From: an uncultured Gammaproteobacteria bacterium
GTDB taxonomy: Bacteria > Pseudomonadota > Gammaproteobacteria > Steroidobacterales > Rariloculaceae
DNA: 64,000 nt
Direction: 5' to 3'
NCBI GenBank assembly: GCA_963805435.1
Contig: CAWDUG010000014.1
Span: 462,382-526,381 of the forward strand
The notes below the pieces were generated by a model, which made no database searches, had not been told where the DNA came from, and worked only from the letters and a program-made list of their open reading frames with translations. The position numbers and the translations under genes were made by a program. Positions 55,847 to 64,000 of the stretch are shown here, in pieces (positions within the stretch are counted from its first letter, which is position 1; each line of letters opens with the position of its first letter).

Positions 55847-57222
55847 TGCGCGTTCACGTTCTCGGCATCTGCGGCACCTTCATGGGAGGTATTGCCGCCA
55901 TCGCGAAGGAAGCCGGTCACGACGTGTCCGGAGCCGACAAAAACGTCTACCCGCCGATGAGCACGCAGCTCCGCGATCTCGGCATCACGCTCGTGCAGGG
56001 CTACGACGCCGAGATCGACGGAGCTGTGGAACACGTCGTCGTCGGCAACGCGCTGTCACGTGGGCTACCTGTCGTCGAAGCGCTGCTCGATTCCGGGCGG
56101 GCGTACTACTCGGGCCCGCAGTGGCTCTCCGAAAACGTGTTGCGCGATCGCTGGGTGCTCGCCGTCTCCGGTACGCACGGCAAAACCACGACTACGAGCA
56201 TGCTGGCGTGGATCCTCGAATACGCGGGGCTCATGCCCGGATTTCTCGTGGGCGGGATCCCTAGCAACTTCGGCATCTCCGCGCGACTCGGCGCGTCGCC
56301 GTACTTCGTTGTCGAAGCAGACGAGTACGACACGGCGTTCTTCGACAAACGGTCGAAATTCGTGCACTACCGGCCGCGAACGCTGATCGTCAACAACATC
56401 GAATACGATCACGCCGACATCTTTGCGGACATCGACGCAATCATCTGGCAGTTTCATCAGTTGCTGCGCACGGTGCCGCGCAGTGGCTTGATCGTTGCGA
56501 ATGCGGTCGACGCGAACATCGAGCGACTGCTCGTGCGCGGCGTGTGGACGCCACTCACGCGGTTCAGCGCGCGCGACCGTCGCGCTCAGTGGTGGGGCGG
56601 CTACGACTTCGTCGGTGAGCAGTCGCAGTTCAGCGTTGCGAAGGAGGGCGCAGCGGTCGGCAGCGCGACGTTCCCGCTGTTCGGGGCGCACAACCTCGAG
56701 AATGCGCTGGCGGCGATCGCGGCGGCGGGGCACGTCGGTGTCGCCCCCGAGGTCGCGCTCGCAGCGCTCACACGGTTCAAGGGTGTCAAACGCCGCCTCG
56801 AGCTTCGCGGCACGTTCGGCGGTATCGCGTTGTACGAAGATTTCGCGCACCACCCGACTGCGATTGCCACCACGCTCGCCGGGTTGAAGAGCCGCGCCGG
56901 CGCGAAACGAATCGTCGCCGTCATGGAGCCGCGCTCCAATACGATGCGCATGGGTGTGCACCGCGACGCGCTGGCGGATTCGTTCGCCAGCGCCGATCGC
57001 GTGTTCGTGCTCGGCGGCGCAGCGCTTGGCTGGGATCCGGCCGAGACCCTCGCCGCGGTGGGGCCGCGGCTCGTCGTGACGAACGACGTCGACGGGTTGC
57101 TCGAACGCCTGCTCGGCGAGCTCGTCGCCGGCGACCAGGTCGTGTTGATGTCGAACGGCAGCTTCCAGGGCCTGCCGGCGCTGCTGCAGGGCGAGCTTGA
57201 GAAACGCCATGCGCAGCGCTGA
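55846..57222 (+). CDS. mpl: UDP-N-acetylmuramate:L-alanyl-gamma-D-glutamyl-meso-diaminopimelate ligase
   Basis: Real start is ATG 55846 (MRVHVLGICGTFMGGIAAIA) within ORF 55435-57222. Mur-ligase P-loop VSGTHGKTTTTSM. About 458 aa. Confidence 0.85.
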   Translation: MRVHVLGICGTFMGGIAAIAKEAGHDVSGADKNVYPPMSTQLRDLGITLVQGYDAEIDGAVEHVVVGNALSRGLPVVEALLDSGRAYYSGPQWLSENVLRDRWVLAVSGTHGKTTTTSMLAWILEYAGLMPGFLVGGIPSNFGISARLGASPYFVVEADEYDTAFFDKRSKFVHYRPRTLIVNNIEYDHADIFADIDAIIWQFHQLLRTVPRSGLIVANAVDANIERLLVRGVWTPLTRFSARDRRAQWWGGYDFVGEQSQFSVAKEGAAVGSATFPLFGAHNLENALAAIAAAGHVGVAPEVALAALTRFKGVKRRLELRGTFGGIALYEDFAHHPTAIATTLAGLKSRAGAKRIVAVMEPRSNTMRMGVHRDALADSFASADRVFVLGGAALGWDPAETLAAVGPRLVVTNDVDGLLERLLGELVAGDQVVLMSNGSFQGLPALLQGELEKRHAQR

Positions 57223-57248
57223 ACATCGGGCGATCGCCTGAGCGTGCC

Positions 57249-57830
57249 GTGAGCGACACCCTGCCGCTGTTTCCGCTGAAGACGGTGCTGTTTCCGGGCG
57301 GTCCGCTGGCACTGCGCGTCTTCGAGCCGCGCTACCTCGACATGGTGGCGCACTGTCTGCGGGGCTCGAACCGCTTCGGCGTCGTGGCGATTCGCGAGGG
57401 CGAGGAGGTCGGTGCCGCGTCGCTGTATGAAGTAGGCACCACGGCCGAAATCGTCGACTGGCACCAGGAAGAGGATGGGCTGCTCGGCATCCTCGCCATC
57501 GGCCGGCAGATGTTTAGGCTCGGTGCCACGAGTCGTCAGCCCGACGGGTTGTACATGGGCGAGTTCGAGCTTCTGGCGAACGAGCCGCCGCTGATATTGC
57601 CGCCGGAGCACGTGCCGCTCGTGGCGCTGCTGAAGCGCGTGCTCGGCAGTCTGCCGCTCTACCGGGGCATCGAGCCCTCCTTCAACAACGCGGTCTGGGT
57701 TGCGGCCCGGCTCGTCGAGGTCTTGCCAATCGGGCTCGCCTTGAAGCAGGCGCTGCTCGAAGCGCCCGACGCCCTGACGCGCCTCGACCGCCTGGCGGCA
57801 GATCTTGCGAAGGGTCGTGGCGCGGTCTGA
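57249..57830 (+). CDS. LON substrate-binding (N-terminal) domain protein
   Basis: 193-aa ORF (GTG start) whose N-terminus LPLFPLKTVLFPGGPLALRVFEPRYLDMV is typical of the Lon N-domain family. Confidence 0.75.
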   Translation: MSDTLPLFPLKTVLFPGGPLALRVFEPRYLDMVAHCLRGSNRFGVVAIREGEEVGAASLYEVGTTAEIVDWHQEEDGLLGILAIGRQMFRLGATSRQPDGLYMGEFELLANEPPLILPPEHVPLVALLKRVLGSLPLYRGIEPSFNNAVWVAARLVEVLPIGLALKQALLEAPDALTRLDRLAADLAKGRGAV

Positions 57831-57918
57831 ACGACGCGGCGGCACGTCGGCTCGTGGTAGGCTTCGCGTCCGACGCGAGCGGTTGCTCGCCTGAAATGAC
57901 AACACGAAGACCTGAGCC

Positions 57919-58083
57919 GTGAAGACATACATGTGCTTGATCTGTGGCTTCATATACGACGAAGCCAAGGGCCGTCCCGAGGAAGGTATTCCTCCCGGCA
58001 CGAAATGGGCGGATATCCCGCTGTCTTGGCGCTGCCCCGACTGCGGCTCCGGCAAAGAAGACTTCGAGATGGTCGAGGCCTAG
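57919..58083 (+). CDS. Rubredoxin (54 codons; below the ORF-track length cutoff)
   Basis: Translated by hand: (V)[53 protein letters not shown], stop TAG 58081-58083. Two CxxCG iron-binding knuckles. The start is GTG 57919 or ATG 57931. Confidence 0.85.
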   Translation: MKTYMCLICGFIYDEAKGRPEEGIPPGTKWADIPLSWRCPDCGSGKEDFEMVEA

Positions 58084-58090
58084 AGCCCCG

Positions 58091-58976
58091 TTACTGCAGG
58101 CGCGCGACTTCGTGGCCGCGCGCCTTCAGCATGTCGATGACGTTGTCGCGGCCGACGAGGTGCAGCGCGCCGACGACGACGAGATAGTGCCGGCCGTCGC
58201 GCAAGTAGCGCTCGAGCGGCCCGACCCAGGCGGCGTTGCGCTTCTTCACGAGCGTTTCGTACAACCCCGGGAACGCGTCGAAATCAGCCAGCAGGCCCTC
58301 GCTCAGAGTCTCGAGGTGGCCATCGCGCCACGCCGCAGCCAACTTCGCCATTTCCGTGTTCGCTTCGTCGAGCTCATTCAGGGTCTGTTCGAGCATGGCC
58401 TGCTGCGAGTCGCGCGGCAGCGCGTCGAAGATCCCGATCTGCAGCTCGAGCGTTTCGAGCCCGATGATCGGCTTGTGCGTTTCGTGCGATTTGCGCAGCA
58501 GGTACTGCTCGAGACCGCGTTCGCCCTCGAAGCCGAACTTGCGCATGCCTTGATCTAAGATCGCGATCGACAGGAACCAAGGCTCGAACCGTTCGAGCAG
58601 CGAGAGGTCGATGCCCATGTCGCGCGTGCGCTGCGCGGCCAGCTCGTACACCTTTGCGTCCACGACGTCGCGCAGCACGGTGCCGAGTGGCAGGGTCGCG
58701 GCCCGCATGATGATCGCCTGCTGCGTTGCAGGATCCGTCGCGTCGAGATCGAGTTCCATGATGAGGGCGTCGGCGCGCGCGAATAACCTGTCGATCGTGG
58801 CGGGCAGCGGATAGTCGGTTGCGCGCAGCACGTGCATCGATCCCAGGAACGTGATGTCGCCGCCCTGCTTGCCCGCGATGCGCCATGCGGCCGGATCGGC
58901 CGCAGCGGTACCCGCAGCGCAGACGCGCGCCGACAAGCGCGAGCCACGCGAGGATCAATCGGCTTGGGGGACCCAT
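58091..58976 (-). pseudogene. TraB/GumN family protein; probable frame break within the signal peptide
   Basis: ORF 58091-58936 carries the family core (GGDITFLGSMHVL.., VVVGALHLVG). ATG 58976 in another frame gives a signal peptide [17 protein letters not shown] that joins if one base near 58925 is dropped. The alternative is an unbroken TTG start at 58936 without a signal peptide. Confidence 0.7.
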
Positions 58977-59737
58977 GCCACTTCGGTTTCGATGCGGCCG
59001 TCCGCGTGCAATTCGAGCCAGCGCAGCCCGGGCGGGCGGTCATCCAGCGCGAAGAAGTCGCTGCGGGGCAGGAACTGCGCGCACGTCGAAGGCGTGCTCA
59101 TGAACCGCAGACCGTTGCGATCTTCATCGAGTGCCTGGTGCACGTGGCCGCACACGACGCCCCGCACATCAGGGTGAGAGTCGATGATCTGCCAGAAGTC
59201 TTTCGCGTCGCGTAGCGCGACGCCGTCGAGCCATGTGCTGCCCATCGGCAACGGATGATGGTGCATGGCGACGAGCACGTGCTGGCCGGCGTGCGCGGCG
59301 AGCGCCTTGCGAAGGCCCTGCAAGCGCGCGGGCCCGAGCCCGCCGGCGTCTTCGCCCGCGAGAAAAGTACTGAGCAGCACGATCGACCACGGCCCCTGCC
59401 GCAGCTCGCCACCGAACTGGAACGCTCCGCTGTTCAAGATCTCGCCCATGAGCTTCGGGTCGTCGTGATTGCCCGGGATCGTCAGCACGGGCACGCCAAG
59501 CGGTTCGAGCGTGTCACGAAATCGTTCGTAGCCGGCTCGGCTCTCGTCCTGGACGATGTCGCCGGTGGCGAGAACGACGTCGGCCGGCCATCGCCGGTCG
59601 CGGCGCACGTGATCCAGCACGGCGAGCAGCGTGGCGTAGGTCGTGACGCCGCGCATGCGGCTATCGGCCGCAGCATGCAAGTGCGTATCGCTGATCTGCA
59701 GCACGGTGACGACGGAATCCGGTCGGCGCTGGGTCAT
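58955..59737 (-). CDS. cpdA: 3',5'-cyclic-nucleotide phosphodiesterase (class III metallophosphoesterase, CpdA/Icc-like)
   Basis: Frame of ORF 58955-59893, starting at ATG 59737 ([21 protein letters not shown]). Metallophosphoesterase motifs: DTHL, GDIVQD, GNHD, MHHHP, GHVH. Confidence 0.8.
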   Translation of the reverse strand: MTQRRPDSVVTVLQISDTHLHAAADSRMRGVTTYATLLAVLDHVRRDRRWPADVVLATGDIVQDESRAGYERFRDTLEPLGVPVLTIPGNHDDPKLMGEILNSGAFQFGGELRQGPWSIVLLSTFLAGEDAGGLGPARLQGLRKALAAHAGQHVLVAMHHHPLPMGSTWLDGVALRDAKDFWQIIDSHPDVRGVVCGHVHQALDEDRNGLRFMSTPSTCAQFLPRSDFFALDDRPPGLRWLELHADGRIETEVAWVPQAD

Positions 59738-59952
59738 GCGGCGGTCGGTGTTCGAAAGACGACTTATGTGGCGTTCGATCATACACGCAGACGCTGGTGT
59801 GGGCGGGGACTGGCTCACAGAACCTCGCCGCTGCTCGGTTGCACCCCGTGTCCCCGGTAAGCGACAATCGCTTTTCGTCTGCGCAAATTCCACGCCCAGT
59901 TACACGGGTCGCCGCCGATCGACCCAGGCACAGTAATCAGAATAAGAACGCC

Positions 59953-61980
59953 ATGGTTATCCGCAACGACAACGCGGCTTCTTCGTCCCGGCCCTCGCGT
60001 CGGCGCCTTGCCAACGCCATCCGTGTGCTCTCGATGGATGCGGTCGAGGCAGCTCGCTCGGGGCATCCCGGCATGCCGATGGGCATGGCCGACATCGCCG
60101 AGGTGCTGTGGAACGATTACCTGAAGTTCAACCCGGGCAACGGTGATTGGTGGGACCGTGATCGGTTCGTGCTGTCGAACGGCCACGGCTCGATGCTGCT
60201 GTACTCGGTCGCATACCTGACCGGGTACCCCTTAGGGTTAGACGAGATCAAGAGTTTCCGCCAGCTCGGCTCGCGCGCGGCGGGCCACCCGGAGCGTGAG
60301 CTCGAAATCGGCGTCGAGACGACGACTGGTCCGCTCGGTCAAGGTGTTGCGAACGCCGTCGGCATGGCGCTGGCCGAGAAGCATCTCGCTGCCGAGTTCA
60401 ACCGGCCGGATTTAGGCCTAGTCGATCACTACACATACGCGTTCCTCGGCGACGGGTGCTTGATGGAAGGCATCTCGCACGAGGCGTGCGCCTTCGCCGG
60501 CACGCACAAGCTCGGCAAGCTGATCGCGTTCTACGACGACAACGGCATTTCGATCGACGGCGAGACGCGCGGCTGGTTCACCGATGACACGCCGAAGCGT
60601 TTCGAAGCGTACGGCTGGCACGTGGTGCCGAACGTCGACGGCCACGATCCCGACGCCATCCGCCAGGCGATCGACGCGGCGCGCGGCGAGACGCAGCGGC
60701 CATCGTTGATTTGTTGTAAGACGATCATCGGTTACGGCGCGCCGCACGTGCAGGGCACTTCGGCCACACATGGCGCGGCGCTCGGCCCGGCCGAGGTGGC
60801 GGCGACCCGCAAGAATCTCGGCTGGGACGAGCCGCCGTTCGTGATTCCGGCCGACGTCAAGGATGCCTGGGATGCCCGCTCGCGCGGTGAGCGGCTCGAA
60901 GTGGAATGGCAGGCGCGGTTCGCGGCCTACCGCGGCGCGCACCCCGAGCTTGCGGCCGAGTTCACGCGACGTATGAACGCGGAGCTGCCGACCGCCTGGC
61001 CCGAGCACTCTGAAACGGCGATTGCCGCGATCGCGGCGGCGGCCAAGACCATGGCCACGCGCAAAGCCTCGCAGACCGCGCTAGAGGCGTTCGCGCCGCA
61101 GTTGCCGGAGCTCTTGGGCGGCTCGGCCGACCTCACTGGATCGAACAACACGCAGCACAAGTATTCGAAGCTGCTGACCCCCGCGGACGCGAGCGGCGAC
61201 TACGTCCACTACGGCGTGCGCGAGTTCGGCATGGCTGCGATGATGAACGGCATGGCGGCACACGGCGGCATCGTCCCGTATGGCGGCACGTTCCTCGTGT
61301 TCTCCGACTACGCGCGCAACGCGCTGCGAATGGCTTCACTGATCGGCCTGCAGAGCATCTTCGTGCTGACCCACGATTCGATCGGCCTCGGTGAGGACGG
61401 CCCCACGCACCAGCCGATCGAGCACCTCACAAGCCTGCGCGTGATGCCGAACATGGAGTTGTGGCGCCCAGCCGATACGGTCGAGACGGCCGTCGCCTGG
61501 CGCGCGGCGCTCGAGCGGCGCACCGGCCCCACGAGCCTCGTGCTGACACGGCAGGATCTGCCGCACGTGCCGCGCACAGCGGAGCAGATCGCGCTGATCG
61601 CGCGTGGCGGCTACATCGTATCGAGCAGTGCGGCGCCGCCTGCGTTGACGCTGATTGCCACGGGCTCGGAGTTGCAGCTCGCGATAGGGGCCGCCCGCGT
61701 GCTCGAGCAGTCCGGTGTTGCGGTGCGCGTCGTGTCGATGCCGTGCACGCAGGCGTTCGACCGCCAGAGCGAGGAATACCGCGATCACGTGTTGCCCGCG
61801 AAGGGTGCGCGGCTCGCCATCGAGGCCGGCGCGACCGCGGGCTGGTGGCGCTACGTCGCCGGCCGGGGCACCGTGATCGGGATCGACCGCTTCGGTCACT
61901 CCGCGCCGGCGAAGGCGTTGTTCGAACAGTTTGGATTCACGGTGGATGCGGTTGCCGCAGCCGCGAGGCGCTTGCTCTAG
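59953..61980 (+). CDS. tkt: Transketolase
   Basis: Frame of ORF 59797-61980, starting at ATG 59953. Motifs [28 protein letters not shown] and [20 protein letters not shown]. About 675 aa, intact. Confidence 0.95.
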   Translation: MVIRNDNAASSSRPSRRRLANAIRVLSMDAVEAARSGHPGMPMGMADIAEVLWNDYLKFNPGNGDWWDRDRFVLSNGHGSMLLYSVAYLTGYPLGLDEIKSFRQLGSRAAGHPERELEIGVETTTGPLGQGVANAVGMALAEKHLAAEFNRPDLGLVDHYTYAFLGDGCLMEGISHEACAFAGTHKLGKLIAFYDDNGISIDGETRGWFTDDTPKRFEAYGWHVVPNVDGHDPDAIRQAIDAARGETQRPSLICCKTIIGYGAPHVQGTSATHGAALGPAEVAATRKNLGWDEPPFVIPADVKDAWDARSRGERLEVEWQARFAAYRGAHPELAAEFTRRMNAELPTAWPEHSETAIAAIAAAAKTMATRKASQTALEAFAPQLPELLGGSADLTGSNNTQHKYSKLLTPADASGDYVHYGVREFGMAAMMNGMAAHGGIVPYGGTFLVFSDYARNALRMASLIGLQSIFVLTHDSIGLGEDGPTHQPIEHLTSLRVMPNMELWRPADTVETAVAWRAALERRTGPTSLVLTRQDLPHVPRTAEQIALIARGGYIVSSSAAPPALTLIATGSELQLAIGAARVLEQSGVAVRVVSMPCTQAFDRQSEEYRDHVLPAKGARLAIEAGATAGWWRYVAGRGTVIGIDRFGHSAPAKALFEQFGFTVDAVAAAARRLL

Positions 61981-62018
61981 TTTTCAACGTCGTCGTCAGG
62001 CCTGCCAAGGGAGGCATC

Positions 62019-63034
62019 ATGCCCGTCAAAGTAGCAATCAACGGCTATGGCCGTATCGGTCGCAACGTCCTGCGCGCGCTCTACGAAGGTAAGCGCCGCG
62101 GCGAAATCCAGATCGTCGCCGTCAACGATCTCGGTGATGCCAAGACCAACGCGCATCTGACGCGCTACGACACGACGCATGGCCCGTTCCCGTTCCCGGT
62201 CGACGGTCGACGGCGACAGCCTCGTCGTCGACGGCGACCGCATCAAGGTGTGTGCGGAGCGCGATCCGTCGAAGCTGCCGTGGGGGGCGCTCGGCGTCGA
62301 CATCGTGCTCGAGTGCACCGGGCTCTTCACGACCAAGGACAAAGCCGGAATGCACCTGAAGGCCGGCGCCAAGAAAGTCATCATCTCGGCGCCGGGCGGC
62401 AAGGACGTGGACGCGACGATCGTCTACGGCGTGAACCACAACGTGCTGAAGGCGAGTCGACACGGTCATATCGAACGCGTCGTGCACCACGAATTGCCTC
62501 GCACCGATCGCGAAGGTATTGCACGAGACGGTCGGCCTCGTGCGCGGCATCATGACCACGGTGCATGCGTACACGAACGACCAAGTGCTGACCGACGTCT
62601 ACCACAGCGACCTGCGTCGCGCCCGTTCGGCCACGCAGAACATGATTCCGACGAAGACCGGTGCCGCCGCGGCCGTGGGCCTCGTGATGCCGGAGCTCGA
62701 CGGCAAGCTCGACGGGTTCTCCGTGCGCGTACCGACGATCAACGTCTCGCTCGTGGACCTCACGTTCGAGGCCGCGCGTGCGACGACCGTGAAAGAGATC
62801 GACGAAGCGATGAAGAAGGCGAGCCAAGGCGCGTTGAAGGGCGTGCTCGGGTACGTCGACGAGCCGCTCGTATCGAGCGATTTCAACCACAACCCCGCGT
62901 CGTCACTGTACGACTCGAGCTTGACGAAGATCATCGACGGCAAGCTCGTGAAAGTCTGCTCGTGGTACGACAACGAGTGGGGCTTCTCGAACCGGATGCT
63001 CGACACGACGCTCGCGTTCGCAGCCGCCAAGTAG
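62019..63034 (+). pseudogene. gap: Glyceraldehyde-3-phosphate dehydrogenase; frame broken twice
   Basis: ATG 62019 (AAGGGAGG upstream). Three frames join if one base is dropped at ~62205 and ~62458 (..[19 protein letters not shown]..). Motifs [19 protein letters not shown] and WYDNEWGFS. Confidence 0.95.
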
Positions 63035-63062
63035 CGCAGCCGTGGCGCTCGAGGTCAAACGC

Positions 63063-64000
63063 ATGGCGGATCTGGCACTGCGCGGCAAGCGCGTGCTGAT
63101 TCGCGAGGACCTGAACGTCCCGGTCAAGAACGGCAAGATCACGAGCACTGCGCGACTTCAGGCGGCGCTGCCTACGTTGCGCGCCGCGCTCGATGCAGGT
63201 GCGCGTGTCATGGTCATGTCGCATCTCGGCCGGCCGAAGGAGGGCAAGGTCGACCCCGCGCAGTCGCTCGCGCCCGTCGCTTCGAAGCTAGGCGAGATGC
63301 TCGGCCGCAAGGTCCCGCTCGCGACGAACTGGCTCGACGGCGTGGCCCTCGAAGACGGCGAGCTCGTGCTCTGCGAGAACGTTCGTTTCGAAATCGGCGA
63401 GGAAGCCGACGACGAGAAGCTCGCGCGGCGCATGGCGGCGCTGTGCGACGTGTTCGTCATGGATGCGTTCGGCACTGCGCATCGCGCGCAGGCGAGTACG
63501 AACGGCGTGGCTCGTTTCGCCCCTGTCGCCTGCGCGGGCCCGCTGCTCGTGGCCGAGCTGGAGGCGCTTGCGGCGGCGCTCAAGAGCCCGAAACGCCCGC
63601 TCGTCGCCATTCTCGGCGGCTCGAAGGTCTCGACGAAGCTCGAAGTGCTGCAGTCGCTGTCCTCGCAGGTCGACGAGCTGATCCTGGGTGGCGGCATCGC
63701 GAACACCGTGCTCGCAGCGTCCGGTGCGCCGGTCGGTAAGTCGCTCTACGAGAAGGACATGCTCGACTTTGCGAAGAAGCTTCTGAACGGCGGCTTCGGG
63801 AAAGCGAAGATTCCGCTGCCGGTCGACGTCGTCGTCGCGCCGAGCTTGGACGCGGGCGTGCGCGGCGCGATCAAGAAGGTCGACAGCCGTTGGCGCCGAC
63901 GACATGATCCTCGACATCGGTCCGCAGACGGCGGATCTCTACGCTGCGCGGCTCGCAAGCGCCGGCAGCATCGTGTGGAACGGCCCCGTGGGCGTGTTCG
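63063..64000 (+). pseudogene. pgk: Phosphoglycerate kinase, 3' end outside the window; one frame break
   Basis: Not in the ORF track because no stop occurs in the window. Hand translation from ATG 63063 (or GTG 63042): [21 protein letters not shown]...[10 protein letters not shown]...[15 protein letters not shown]...[10 protein letters not shown]... The frame shifts at ~63888 (..[19 protein letters not shown]..). Confidence 0.9.

Overview
This is a high-GC (by eye about two-thirds G+C), gene-dense chromosomal segment of a proteobacterium. The gene content (PPi-type PFK next to an H+-pyrophosphatase, adk, mpl, tkt-gap-pgk, several 800-1000-aa TonB-dependent receptors) resembles a Xanthomonadales/Nevskiales-like gammaproteobacterium. 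That placement is inference only; no search was run. I can support 50 protein-coding genes and a few hairpin or operator sites. I saw no rRNA, tRNA, CRISPR array, transposase or integrase. Two genes are absent from the ORF track: a 54-codon rubredoxin at 57919-58083, and pgk at 63063 onward, which runs off the window. There are two main results. (1) At 21.5-30.8 kb lies a tightly coupled five-gene array: circularly permuted ATP-grasp, alpha-E, DUF2126/transglutaminase, ATP-grasp+alpha-E fusion, and transglutaminase. It is flanked by an O-methyltransferase with a divergent AraC regulator and by a fused membrane/spermidine-synthase-like/TPR protein. These families are known essentially from comparative genomics only, and this is my best candidate for an uncharacterised system. 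(2) At least 30 reading-frame breaks interrupt 17 readily recognisable genes, including gap, pgk, hppA and rnd. Every break is equivalent to one extra base, which points to a systematic insertion artefact rather than gene decay, so ORF-level calls in this window need care. Other loci worth a look are a cysteine synthase-glutaredoxin fusion, a transmembrane Ser/Thr kinase with a TolB-like propeller followed by three secreted proteins of unknown function, and a secreted MBL/NHL/LVIVD trio. All family assignments come from reading motifs in the translations; no HMM or BLAST was run.
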